Positions 20,616 through 31,038 of a DNA stretch of 64,000 nucleotides are shown in pieces. The DNA comes from an uncultured Acidobacteriota bacterium (lineage in GTDB: Bacteria > Acidobacteriota > Polarisedimenticolia > J045). The stretch's first letter is position 1, and each line of letters begins with the position of its first letter. The translations under genes and the position numbers were made by a program. The notes below the pieces were generated by a model. That model did no database searches and had not been told where the DNA came from. It saw only the letters and a program-made list of their open reading frames with translations. The stretch lies in assembly GCA_963702425.1 (NCBI GenBank), contig CAVPCQ010000011.1, positions 224,001 through 288,000 on the forward strand. Reading direction: 5' to 3'.

Positions 20616-23600
20616 CTACCAGGCCCCGCGCCGCGGATCGCCCGGCAGGTCGGCCAGCAGCACCTCGACCGCCTTCGCCAGCTGCGCGTCGTCGGCCGCG
20701 GCCATGTCCTGGTGCGGCGGCTGCTCGACCGGCACGTCGGGCACCGCGCCGTTGTTCTCCATGTTCACGCCCGTCCCCGCGACGTACCAGCCGCGCGTCG
20801 GCAGGCGGACCAGCGCGCCGTCGAGCACCTGCGTGCCGCCGGTCGAGATCACCGCGCCGAAGGTCGGCCACCCGACGACCTTGCCACGGCCGAGCGTCTT
20901 GAAGGCGTGGGAGAAGATCTCGGCGTTGGAGTAGGACTCGTCGTTGCAGACCGTGACCGCCGGCCGGGTCCAGGCCGCGAGCGGCAGCCGCTCCTGAGCG
21001 TAGGCCTTGACCTCCTTTGACGCGTCGCGCTCGACGGTCCAGGCGTGGCGCTTCACGCTGAGCACCGCCATCAGGTAGTCGGTCGTCCAGCCGCCGCCGT
21101 TGTTGCGGACGTCGATCACCAGCCCCTCCCTGCCGTGCGCGGCGGCGTAGAGGTCGCGCTCGAACTCCTCGAACGACGGCATGTCCATCGCCGGGATGTG
21201 GAGGTACCCGAGCCGGCCGCCCGAGAGCTGCTCGACCAGTTCGCGCCGCTGCCGGACCCAGGCTTCGCGGCGCCACTCCTGCTGTTGTGCGAAGGCTGCC
21301 GGGATGACGACCGCGGTCCGCTCCCTGCCGTCGGCGCCGAGGATCGTCAGCGGGACCCGCTGGCCGACGGTGTCGGCGAAGAGCGCGTAGACGTCCTGGT
21401 CGGCGCGCACCTTCTGGCCGCCGACGGCGAGGATCCGCTCGCCGGGCTGCAGGGCGACGTCTACCCGCGCCGCCGGCGAGTCGGGGAGCACTTCGCGCAC
21501 GCGGATCCCGGGCCCTCCGGCCGCGGCGTCGAAGAGCGCGCCGATGAAGCCGGTCGTCTCGCCCCCGGCGGCGCCCGCCGCGCCGCCGCCCTGCGGCCGG
21601 TACCCCATGTGCGAGGCGTTCAACTCGTCGAGCATCAGGTTCATCACGTCGGCGAAGTCTTCCGGGGTCGAGGCCGCGAGCGCCCAGGGCCGGTACTTCT
21701 CGCGCTGCGCCGGCCAGTCGACGCCGTGGAACTGCGGGTCGTAGAAGTTCTCGTCGAGCGCGCGCCAGGCCTCGTCGACGACGGCCCCGCGCAGTGCCGG
21801 CAGGTCGACCTCGGTGCGCGCCGCGAACGGCAGCGGGTCGCCCGCCTTGCCGTCGAGCGCGACGCGGCCGAGCGTCCCCTTGCCGTCGAGGAAGATGAGC
21901 GTCGTTCCCTTCTCGTCCGGCTCGATCACCGACGGCGCGCGGCCGCCCGTGGTCAGCCGTTTCTGATCCTTGCCGTCCCAGCGGACCGAGTAGAGGTCGC
22001 GCTCGGCCTCGAACTCCGCGGTGAAGACGATCCGCTTGCCGCCGTCCGCGAAGCCGGGGGCCCCCTCGTCCCCCTTCAGCTCCGTCACCGGCTCGGCGCG
22101 CTCCCAGAGCCGCTCGAAGTCGATCGTCACGACCGGGAGCTTCTTCTCGTCTTTCTTCTCGGCGGACTTCCCGGACGACTTCCCGCCAGCGGCCTTGCCA
22201 CCCTTCTTCTCATCCGCCCCCTTCCGGGACTCCTTCTGGCTCGCGTCCTCGTCGTCCTTCTTCGGCTCCGGCTTGTCGTTCCAGACCTTCAGCCACTCCT
22301 CCGGCGTGCGCTCGTCGTCGGCTCGCGTCAGCCAGACCGACCAGACATCCAGGGTGCTGGCATGGCGGCGGGAGAGCCAGATCAGCCTCCGGCCGTCGGG
22401 CGACCAGGCCGGGGCGAGGTCGTTGTCGGGATGCCGGCTGACGTTGTAGGGCTCGCCCCCCGCGAGCGACAGGACGAAGACCTCGCTGTTGGCGTTCTCG
22501 TCCTCCTGCGCGTAGGCGATGAACTTCCCGTCCGGCGACCAGGCGACCTGGGGCGCGCTGAAGTGCGTGAAGAGCACGCGCGCGTTACCGCCGTCGGCGT
22601 CGGCGACGACCAGCTCCCCGCGTCCGCGCACGAAGAGCAGCTGCTTGCCGTCGGGCGAGAACTCGGGCGCGCGCTCGTGAGCCGGCGTGGCCGTCAGCGC
22701 CGTCACCGGGAACTCGAAGTTCTCGGTCCAGTCCTTCGCGTCGTCGGCGCGGCGCGCCGCGAACAGGTCGAGGTTGCCGGTCCGCGCCGAGGCGAAGACG
22801 AGCGTCTTTCCGTCGGGACTCCAGGCCGGGTCCTGCTCGCGCTCCGGGGTGGCGGTGACTCGCACCGTTGGCGGCGCCGCGATCTCCTGGTCGTCCTTGG
22901 AGCGGACGGCGGTGACGAAGACATCCCCGCCGACGACAAGGGCGATCAGCTTGCCGTCGGGCGAGAGGGCCATGTCGGAGGCCCCGTCCTTCGCCGTCTT
23001 CCGCTCGAGTGTGTTGACCCGTGCGTCGGCGGGCAGGTCGATCGTCAGCTGCTTCGGCGGGCCGCCGGCGGGCGCCACGGTCCAGATCGCGTCCTCGAAC
23101 TCGTAGGCGACGATCGACCCGTTGGCGGCTGCACGCGGGAAGCGGACGTCGGAGCCGTCGTGCGCCGTCAGCGCGCGGGGCGCGGCGCTGCCGTCGGCCG
23201 GGACGGTGAAGACGTTCTTGCGGCCGTTCCGGGCCGAGAGGAACACCACCTGGTCCGCAGCGGTCCAGGTTGGGGCATCGTCATCGCCGTCGAAGGCCGC
23301 CAGGCGACGGTACGAGCCGTCGGTTTCGCGGACCCACAGCTCGCGGTTCGCCGAGCCGCGGTAGCCGCGGCGCGTCCAGGGGGTCCCGCCGCGCACGAAG
23401 ACGGCGCGCTCGCCACCGGGGGCGATCGACGCGCTGTGCCCCAGCGCCGACTGCCAGACGGCGGCCGTCCCCCCGCCCACCGGGACGATCCAGAGCACCG
23501 GCATCCGCGAGACCGCTTCGTCGCGCCGCGAGGCGAAGATCACGCTCTTCCCGTCCGGCGTGAAATCGACCGGCGTGTCGCCGTTCGAGGCCCAGGTCAG

Positions 23601-23924
23601 CCGCACCGGCGCTCTCGAGCCGTCGGCCGCGACGACGAAGACGTCGGCGTTGCCGTAGCGGTCGGAAGCGAAGGCGATCGACTTTCCGTCGCGCGACCAG
23701 ATCGGGAAGCGGTCGTAGGCCGGATGGGCCGTCAGCCGTCGCGCCGCTCCGCCGGCCGCCGGGACGACCCAGATGTCTCCCTGCCAGGAGAAGGCAATCG
23801 CGGTCCCGTCCGGCGACGGCGCGGGGTGCCGCGGGAGCTTCGCCTCGACGGCCAGGACCGGAAGCGCGAGGAGACCGATGAGGGCGGACAGGACGACGAG
23901 GAGCGGGAGCAGGGCGCGGCGCAT
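20616..23924 (-). CDS. Tricorn-like S41 peptidase with PD40 propellers and PDZ domain
   Basis: Start MRRALLPLLVV; many P.WSPDG repeats, LDELNASH, IDVRNNGGG, SYSNAEIFS, PTFGAVIST. Confidence 0.93.
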   Translation of the reverse strand: MRRALLPLLVVLSALIGLLALPVLAVEAKLPRHPAPSPDGTAIAFSWQGDIWVVPAAGGAARRLTAHPAYDRFPIWSRDGKSIAFASDRYGNADVFVVAADGSRAPVRLTWASNGDTPVDFTPDGKSVIFASRRDEAVSRMPVLWIVPVGGGTAAVWQSALGHSASIAPGGERAVFVRGGTPWTRRGYRGSANRELWVRETDGSYRRLAAFDGDDDAPTWTAADQVVFLSARNGRKNVFTVPADGSAAPRALTAHDGSDVRFPRAAANGSIVAYEFEDAIWTVAPAGGPPKQLTIDLPADARVNTLERKTAKDGASDMALSPDGKLIALVVGGDVFVTAVRSKDDQEIAAPPTVRVTATPEREQDPAWSPDGKTLVFASARTGNLDLFAARRADDAKDWTENFEFPVTALTATPAHERAPEFSPDGKQLLFVRGRGELVVADADGGNARVLFTHFSAPQVAWSPDGKFIAYAQEDENANSEVFVLSLAGGEPYNVSRHPDNDLAPAWSPDGRRLIWLSRRHASTLDVWSVWLTRADDERTPEEWLKVWNDKPEPKKDDEDASQKESRKGADEKKGGKAAGGKSSGKSAEKKDEKKLPVVTIDFERLWERAEPVTELKGDEGAPGFADGGKRIVFTAEFEAERDLYSVRWDGKDQKRLTTGGRAPSVIEPDEKGTTLIFLDGKGTLGRVALDGKAGDPLPFAARTEVDLPALRGAVVDEAWRALDENFYDPQFHGVDWPAQREKYRPWALAASTPEDFADVMNLMLDELNASHMGYRPQGGGAAGAAGGETTGFIGALFDAAAGGPGIRVREVLPDSPAARVDVALQPGERILAVGGQKVRADQDVYALFADTVGQRVPLTILGADGRERTAVVIPAAFAQQQEWRREAWVRQRRELVEQLSGGRLGYLHIPAMDMPSFEEFERDLYAAAHGREGLVIDVRNNGGGWTTDYLMAVLSVKRHAWTVERDASKEVKAYAQERLPLAAWTRPAVTVCNDESYSNAEIFSHAFKTLGRGKVVGWPTFGAVISTGGTQVLDGALVRLPTRGWYVAGTGVNMENNGAVPDVPVEQPPHQDMAAADDAQLAKAVEVLLADLPGDPRRGAW

Positions 23925-24113
23925 GCGGGAGTCCTCGGGGCGGGGCCCGCGGACGGCCGCGGGCCGGGCAGATGGGGGGAAGCCTACCCGCCCACCGGGA
24001 TCCCGCGCATCCCCGGGGCCCCGGGGGCCGCCGCGGGACGCCCGCGATCGGCCCCGCCGAGCCTTGGCGCGCCCCGCGCCCGCCGTGGGAGACTCCCCGC
24101 CCGGAGGACCGTG

Positions 24114-26826
24114 ATGACCATGAAAGACCTGGTGCGTGCCGCCGCGCCCGCCCTGATCGCCGGCGCGCTCGGCCAGGGCCGCGCCCTTGCCTTCACCGCC
24201 GAGACCACCACCCTGCCCAACGGCATGACCGTGATCCTCCACCAGGACCGCCGGCTGCCGCAGGTCGCGATCAACATCTGGTACGCGGTCGGCTCCAAGG
24301 ACGAGGCGCCGGGGCGCAGCGGCTTCGCGCACCTGTTCGAGCACCTGATGTTCATGGGCACGCACCGCGTGCCGGAGAACCAGTTCGACGTGCTGATGGA
24401 GTCGGGCGGCGGGGCCAACAACGCCTCGACCAGCAACGACAAGACGAACTACTACTCGTGGGGCCCATCGTCGGTCCTGCCGACGCTGCTGTGGCTCGAC
24501 GCCGACCGCCTGGAGCAGCTCGGCGACGCGATGACGCAGCAGAAGCTCGACCTGCAGCGCGACGTCGTCCGCAACGAGCGGCGCCAGACGGTGGAAAACG
24601 CGCCCTACGGGATCGCCGAGCTGATCCTGCCCGGAGGCGATGTACCCGCCGGGCCACCCCTACCACCACCCGGTGATCGGCAGCCACGAGGACCTGCAGG
24701 CGGCGACGCTGCAGGACGTCAAGGACTTCTTCGCGGCCTACTACGTCCCCGGCAACGCCAGCCTCGTCGTCGCCGGCGACTTCGACCCGGCGGCGATGAA
24801 GGCGCTGATCGCGAAGACCTTCGGCGCGATCCCCGCGAAGCCGCTGCCCGAGCACCGCGAGGCGCCGCCGATCGTGCTCGAGCGCGAGGTGCGGCGGCTG
24901 GCGACCGACAAGGTCGAGAACGGCAAGCTCTTCCTGGTCTGGCCCGGTCCGAAGCCGATGACGACCGGCGCCGCGAACCTCGACCTCGTCGCGCGCGTCC
25001 TGGCCGACGGCAGCTCGAGCCGGCTGGTCAAGCGGCTGGTGCTCGACCTCGAGCTGGCGCAGAACGTCGACGTCTACTTCGACGAGCTGGAGCTGGGCGG
25101 GGAGTTCCATGTCCACGTCCTGGCGAAGCCCGGCGCAGACCTCGAGGCGATCAAGCGCGAGACGCTGGCCGTGCTGGCCGGACTGCAGGAGGCGGGCCCG
25201 ACCGCGGCCGAACTGCAGCGCGCCCAGGCGATGGAGGAGACGGCGTTCCGGCGGCGCTCCGAGGACCTCAACCGCCGCGCCGACATGCTCAACCGCTACT
25301 ACTACTTCTACGGCACGCCCGACGGCTTCGAGCGCGACCTGGCGCGCTACCGCACGGCGACCGCGGAGAGCGTGCGCGACGCGGCGCGCGCGCTGGGCGA
25401 GGGACGGGTCGACCTGCGGATCGTCCCGATCGGCGCGGCGTCGGCCGAGAACGCGCTCGACATGCGGCCGGGTCCGGCGCCGGCCGGCGCCTTCACGCCC
25501 CCCGCGCCGCAGGAATTCAAGCTGGCCAACGGGGCGAGCGTGGCGTTCGTGCCGGTCCCCGGCGCGGGCCTGTTCACGGGCCGCGCGATCTTCGACGGCG
25601 GCGAGCGGGCCGTCCCGGCCAGCGAGGCCGGGCTGACGCCGCTGCTGGCAACGCTGCTGACCTCGGGCGCCGGGGGGCGCGACGCGTCGCAGTTCGCCGA
25701 CGCGGTCCAGTCGCTGGGGGCCTCGATCGCTGCCGAGGGGACCCGCCACGTGCTGGTGGCCGGCGTCTCCGGCCTCTCGTCGAACCTGGGGCCGACACTC
25801 GACCTGTTCGCCGACGCGTTGCTGCGCCCGGCGTTCACGGAGTCCGACTTCGCGCGCGAGAAGTCGCTGGCCCTGGCGCGGATCGGCGCGCGCGCCGAGC
25901 GGCCGACGCAGGTCGCGCAGCTCGTCGCGCTGGCCGGGCTCTTCGGACCGGACGACCTGCGCGGCCGCCCCGCCGACGGCAGTGCGAAGTCGGTCGGGGC
26001 GCTGACGCTGGCGGAGCTGAAGGCCGCGTACCCGGCCCTGGTCAACCCGGCGCGGGCGCGCTTCGTCTTCGCGGGCGACCTCGACCCGGCGGCGCTCGAG
26101 GCGGCGCTCGAGGCGCGCTTCGGCACCGCGAAGCCGGCGGCGGGAACGGCGGTACCGCCGGCGCGTCCGGCGCCGGTCGCTTCGGGCCCCGGCCACCGGA
26201 TCCTGCTCGTCGACCGCCCCGCCGCGCCGCAGACGGTGATCCTGCTCGCGCGCCCGGTCGCTCCCGTGGACGAGACCAGCCGCGGACGGCGCGCAATCTT
26301 GAACACCCTGTTCGGCGGCAGCTTCACCTCCCGCCTCAACCAGAACCTGCGCGAGGACAAGGGGTACACCTACGGCGCGCGCAGCCAGTTCTCGCAGGAC
26401 GGGGCGCAGCCGCTGCTCGTTGCGTCCGCTTCGGTCCAGACCGAGGTGACCGCCGCGGCGCTCGGCGAATTCAAGAAGGAGTTCGCCGGGTTGGCCTCGG
26501 GCAACGTCACGGCCGAGGAGTTCTCCAAGGCGCGCGAGACCGCGCGGCACGACCTGGTCGAGGCGATCGCGACGACCTCCGCCACGGCCGAGGTCTTCGG
26601 CGGCTTCGTCGTCCAGGAGCGGCCGCTCGACGCGCTGGCCCGGCAGCTGGCCGCGCTCGACGCGGCGACGCTCGAGGCGGTCAACGCCGACGCGCGCTCG
26701 GGGCTCTACGACTGGAACGCGCTGACCGTGGTGCTGGTCGGCGACGCGGCGGCGATCGTGCCGCAGCTCGAGAAGGCCGGGTTCGGGGCGCCGCAGCGGG
26801 TCGACCTGGAGGGGCGGCCGCGCTGA
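24114..26826 (+). CDS. M16 (pitrilysin) family zinc peptidase, two-module; single +1 frameshift near 24632
   Basis: GFAHLFEHLMF (HxxEH), VVRNERRQ in one frame, continuing MYPPGHPYHHPVIG in the next; SRLNQNLREDKGYTYG. Confidence 0.9.
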
Positions 26827-26962
26827 GGGCGCGGCCGCTTCCCCACCCCCGTCCATAGCCTTTCGAGCCGTCCGGGTTATCATGGGTTTCTCGACCGCGT
26901 TCGACAGAGACGCGGGCGGCGGGCGCTCCATTCGCATTGCTTTCGCCGCCGACGGAGTCCGG

Positions 26963-28126
26963 ATGGTGAAGTCCCCCCTGAAACGCCTGCGCCTCAAGGG
27001 GAAGTCGCTCCTCCCGATCGTCCAGGGGGGGATGGGGGTAGGCGTCTCCTCGCACCGCCTCGCCGGGGCCGTCGCCCGCGAGGGGGCCGTCGGGACGATC
27101 GCCAGCATCGACCTCAGGCACCACCACCCCGACCTCCTCGCCACGACGCGCGACTGCCGCGACCAGGTGCGGATCGACGCCGCGAACAAGGTCGCCCTCG
27201 ACCGGGAGATCCGCGCCGCGCGCGCGGTCGCCGGCGGCGAGGGGCTGGTGGCGGTCAACGTGATGAAGGCGGTGACCTGCCACGCCGAGCTGGTCCGTCA
27301 GTCCTGCGAGAGCGGGGCGGACGCGATCGTGATGGGGGCCGGGCTGCCGCTCGATCTCCCCGAGTTGACGGCGGGCCACCCCGACGTCGCGCTGGTCCCG
27401 ATCCTCTCCGACGCGCGCGGGATCGCCGTGCTGGTCAAGCGCTGGCTGCGCAGGAACCGCCTGCCCGACGCGATCGTGATCGAGCACCCGCGCTACGCCG
27501 GCGGCCACCTGGGCGTGGCGCGCGCCGAGGACGTCGGCGAGGAGCGCTTCGACTTCGCGCGCGTGCTCGAGTCGGCGTTCGAGTTATGGCGGGAGTTCGG
27601 TATCGAACGAGAATCGATACCGCTGATCCCCGCCGGCGGGATCAACTCGCACGAGAAGATCGCGGCGCTGCTCGACCTGGGCGCAGCCGCGGTGCAGGTC
27701 GGCACGCCGTTCGCGGTGACCGCGGAGGGAGACGCGCACCCGAACTTCAAGCGCGTGCTGGCCCGCGCGCGGCCGGAGCAGATCATCACCTTCATGAGCG
27801 CCGCCGGGCTCCCGGCCCGTGCCGTGCTCACGCCGTGGCTGGAGCGCTACCTCGAGATGGAGTCGCGGCTGCAGGATCGCGCCGGCCGCTTCCGGGACCG
27901 CTGCACCTCGGCCTTCAACTGCCTGTCCCACTGCGGCCTACGCGACGGGATCGCCAAGATGGGGCAGTTCTGCATCGACGCCCAGCTGGCCGCGGCGCTG
28001 CGCGGCGACGTCGAGCGCGGCCTGTTCTTCCGCGGCTCGGAGAGCCTGCCCTTTGGCGAGCAGATCCGGTCGGTCCGCGAGCTGCTCGACTACCTGCTCA
28101 GCGGGACCGAACCGGCGACGGCATAG
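26963..28126 (+). CDS. Nitronate monooxygenase / 2-nitropropane dioxygenase family flavoprotein
   Basis: PIVQGGMGVGVS, GAGLPLDLP, AGGHLG, VQVGTPF, C..CL..C motif. Confidence 0.9.
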   Translation: MVKSPLKRLRLKGKSLLPIVQGGMGVGVSSHRLAGAVAREGAVGTIASIDLRHHHPDLLATTRDCRDQVRIDAANKVALDREIRAARAVAGGEGLVAVNVMKAVTCHAELVRQSCESGADAIVMGAGLPLDLPELTAGHPDVALVPILSDARGIAVLVKRWLRRNRLPDAIVIEHPRYAGGHLGVARAEDVGEERFDFARVLESAFELWREFGIERESIPLIPAGGINSHEKIAALLDLGAAAVQVGTPFAVTAEGDAHPNFKRVLARARPEQIITFMSAAGLPARAVLTPWLERYLEMESRLQDRAGRFRDRCTSAFNCLSHCGLRDGIAKMGQFCIDAQLAAALRGDVERGLFFRGSESLPFGEQIRSVRELLDYLLSGTEPATA

Positions 28127-28153
28127 GCCGGGCCGCTCCGGGCGGCGCGGGCA

Positions 28154-28747
28154 TCAGGCGCGCGCTTCGGCGAGGGCCCGCTCCAGCAGCGTCGCCAGCC
28201 CGCGCGCGATCGCCTGCCCGGTCAGGTAGCCGAGGTCGAGCGTTTCCTGCTGGATCCGCATCACGCCGACGACGTCGGACCACTGGCGATCCGACACCTC
28301 GCCACCGAGCCGGAACCAGTCGAGCTTGGCCAGGACCGTGTCCTCGGCGCTCGCCACCCTCAGCGTGTCGGATCCCACGCCGGTGACCCGCGAGCGGCGC
28401 AGCTCTTCCGCAAAACGGGTTCGGTCGGCGGGGAGGAAAACGTCGACCTTCAGCATCGAATCGAGCCGGACCACGTTGAAGTGACTGTGGCGAATCACCG
28501 CCTGGGCGACGGTCTCCCGATCCACGTAGTAGGCGTCGCCCAACGCTCGGCAGAACGGCTCGACCTGGGCTGCCCCGATCTCCGCGACGAAGTCGATGTC
28601 GCGCGTCGCCCGCGGCTCGCCGTGGATCGACGAGGCCAGGGAGCCGGCGAGGTAGTACGGGATACCGAGTTGCTCGAAGAGGTGCGCGACCTCGATCGCC
28701 AGCTCGACCGGCCGGGTCACGAGCTCACTCTCCCCGAGCTGGCGCAT
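28154..28747 (-). CDS. Putative nucleotidyltransferase (AbiEii/DUF1814-like), candidate toxin
   Basis: YYLAGSLASSIHGEPRATRDIDFV (GS...DxD Pol-beta motif), KVDVF, SAEDTVLAKL. Confidence 0.75.
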   Translation of the reverse strand: MRQLGESELVTRPVELAIEVAHLFEQLGIPYYLAGSLASSIHGEPRATRDIDFVAEIGAAQVEPFCRALGDAYYVDRETVAQAVIRHSHFNVVRLDSMLKVDVFLPADRTRFAEELRRSRVTGVGSDTLRVASAEDTVLAKLDWFRLGGEVSDRQWSDVVGVMRIQQETLDLGYLTGQAIARGLATLLERALAEARA

Positions 28748-28992
28748 TCCGCGGCGGCGTTCGCGGCCGCGGCCGCCAGCTCGCGGCCGAGCCGGATCTC
28801 GGCCAGCCGCCGCATCAGCTCCGCCTCGTCGGCCGTTGGATGTCGCAGCCGAAGCCCGGCGAGGACCAGCTCGTCGAGGGCCTCGCACATCTCCCCGGCC
28901 AGCTCGAGGCGCCGCTCGGGGGTCATGCGCCGATATCCCTCGACGATCAGCCGGACGACGGCCGGGGCGGTGTCGCTGAGGCCTCGCTCCAT
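28717..28992 (-). CDS. Small helical protein, candidate antitoxin partner
   Basis: SDTAP...YRRMTPERRLELA...GLRLRHP; overlaps the nucleotidyltransferase start by 31 bp. Confidence 0.65.
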   Translation of the reverse strand: MERGLSDTAPAVVRLIVEGYRRMTPERRLELAGEMCEALDELVLAGLRLRHPTADEAELMRRLAEIRLGRELAAAAANAAAECASSGRVSS

Positions 28993-29106
28993 GCGGGGTT
29001 GATGCCACGGGTGAGGGCCCACGTCAACGGAAGGCGGGCGGCATGGGCGGATCCCCCTGCTCCGTCCCGTTCGGCATGCCCGCCCCAAGCAAGCCCCTCC
29101 GCCGGG

Positions 29107-30726
29107 TCAGGGCGGGTGGCGCGGAGCCGCCCGGCGCGCGCGCACGATCTCGAGCGACTGGCGGGCGGCCGCGTGGCCGGGTTCGATGGCGAGAGCCCGC
29201 TCGAAGGAACGAACGGCCGCGTCGAGATCGCCGAGCTTCGCCTGCGCGACGCCGCGGTTCTGCAGGGCATCGGCGTAGTCGGGGTCGAGCCGCAGCGCGG
29301 CGTCGCAGGCGGCCAGCGCCTCCCGCGGCGCGCCCCCCTGGCCGCGCGCGAAGCAGAGATCGTTCCAGGCCTTCTTCGAGCGCGGGTTGATCCGGATCGC
29401 CTGCTCGAACTCCCGCGCGGCTTCGTCGAGCCGGCCCTTCCGGGCCAGTTCCACGCCCAGCATGTCGTGGGCCTGGAAGTTGTTCCCGGTCACGGCCAGC
29501 GCGCGCTCGAACAGCGCCGTCGAATCGCGCCAGGTTGCGACCTGCATGCGTGCCGCGAGCGCCAGCGCGACCACCGCCGCGGTGGCCGCCGCGGCGGACG
29601 CCACGACGAGCGGACGTGCTCGCGGCCGCAGGCTCCACGCCGCGGCCAGCGCGAGCCCGATCAGCGGCAGGTAGGTGTACCGGTCGGCGCGCGCCTGGGA
29701 CCCGACCTGCAGCAGGCCGAGCACCGGAACGAGCATCCCCATGTGCCAGAACCAGCCGGTCGGCAGCCAGGGCGCCCGGCGCCGGAGCGCCAGCGCGCCG
29801 ATCGTCGCCGCCAGGACGAACACTGCCGACGCGGCCAGCGCGCCCGCGCTGACCCCGTCCGCGGGATGCGGGTAGAGCACGGCGAGCCCGCTCGGCCAGG
29901 CGGCCTTGAGCGGGTACCAGGCCAGCGAGACGACGGCGTTCTCGAGCCGGGCTCCCAGCGGCAGCGCGTCGACGGCGGCGACCGCACCGGCGCGCTCCTG
30001 CACCAGGAAGGTCACGACGCTGGCCGCCGCCGCGAGCGCGAAGAGCGGCAGCTTCTCGCGGACCAGCGGGACCAGCGCGCGAAGCGGTCCGCCCCAGGAG
30101 GCGCGGCCCAGCGGCCACGCGTCGAGCAGCAGCAGGACGAACGGCGCGGTCACCAGCATCGGCTTGGCCATCAGCCCCAGCGCGAGGAAGAGGCCGACCC
30201 AGGCCATGCGAGCCCGCGACGGCGCTCTCGCATGGCGCTCGTAGGACAAAAGGACGAGCGCGAAGAACAGGCCCGAGAGGACGTCCTTGCGCTCCGCCAC
30301 CCAGGCGACCGATTCGACGTGCAGCGGATGGACGGCGAAGACCGCGGCCACGAAGGCGCTTCGCACCAGGTCCGAGGTCATCCGGCGCAGGGCCTCGAAG
30401 AGCAGGAGCGCCGTCGCCACGTGCAGCGACAGGCTCGTGCGATGGTGCGCACCGGGGTCGAGGCCGAACAGCGTTACGTCGAGCTGGTGGGAGAGCCAGG
30501 TCAGCGGATGCCAGTTGCCCGCGTGCCCGGTCGTCAGCGCCCACGCGATGCCGTGGGGTGTCAGGCCGCCCCGCACCTCCGGGTTGTCGACGACGTAGGC
30601 TTCGTCGTCGTACTGGACGAACGGATGATGAGTGATCGGCCAGAAGACCGCGATCGTCAGCAGGGCGAGCGCGGCCGCCAGCGCGATGCGCGGCGCCGCG
30701 GGCGGGGCGTGCGAGCGACGGGTCAT
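29107..30726 (-). CDS. Membrane protein with C-terminal TPRs (TMTC/GT-C glycosyltransferase-like)
   Basis: YDDEAYV, NWHPLTWLSH, HPLHVESVAWVAERKDVL, ADRYTYLP, WRDS..LF, TPR tail. Confidence 0.88.
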   Translation of the reverse strand: MTRRSHAPPAAPRIALAAALALLTIAVFWPITHHPFVQYDDEAYVVDNPEVRGGLTPHGIAWALTTGHAGNWHPLTWLSHQLDVTLFGLDPGAHHRTSLSLHVATALLLFEALRRMTSDLVRSAFVAAVFAVHPLHVESVAWVAERKDVLSGLFFALVLLSYERHARAPSRARMAWVGLFLALGLMAKPMLVTAPFVLLLLDAWPLGRASWGGPLRALVPLVREKLPLFALAAAASVVTFLVQERAGAVAAVDALPLGARLENAVVSLAWYPLKAAWPSGLAVLYPHPADGVSAGALAASAVFVLAATIGALALRRRAPWLPTGWFWHMGMLVPVLGLLQVGSQARADRYTYLPLIGLALAAAWSLRPRARPLVVASAAAATAAVVALALAARMQVATWRDSTALFERALAVTGNNFQAHDMLGVELARKGRLDEAAREFEQAIRINPRSKKAWNDLCFARGQGGAPREALAACDAALRLDPDYADALQNRGVAQAKLGDLDAAVRSFERALAIEPGHAAARQSLEIVRARRAAPRHPP

Positions 30727-30803
30727 GCCACCCGAACGATAGCCCACGCGCGCAGGGCGCAACCACTTGGCGCCATCGCGCTCCCCGGCTGCGGCCGGGT
30801 CCC

Positions 30804-31038
30804 CTATCCCCGCCCCGCCGCCCGCCGTCCGGCCTTCTGCGCCCGCGCCGGCAGTTCCGCGGCGACCGGCTCCCGCCCCGCCGCCAGGGCCCGCCTCAGG
30901 TACGACCCCGTCGCCGAGCCCGCCTCCCGCGCGACCTCCTCCGGCGACGCCTCGGCGATGATCCGCCCGCCTTCGTTCCCGCCTTCCGGCCCGAGGTCGA
31001 CCAGGTAGTCCGCGGTCTTGATCACGTCGAGGTTGTGC
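30804..31038 (-). pseudogene. Displaced second copy of the uvrA 3' end
   Basis: Reads [29 protein letters not shown]...[34 protein letters not shown]-stop, with no start. Confidence 0.92.
30871..31038. repeat. 168-bp direct repeat, copy 1
   Basis: Matches 33507-33674 with 3 mismatches by manual alignment. Confidence 0.95.

Noticed and set aside
21045-26858. 1937-aa plus-strand ORF
   Set aside because: Antisense shadow of the tricorn gene joined to the true M16 N-terminus, then off-frame after the 24632 shift.
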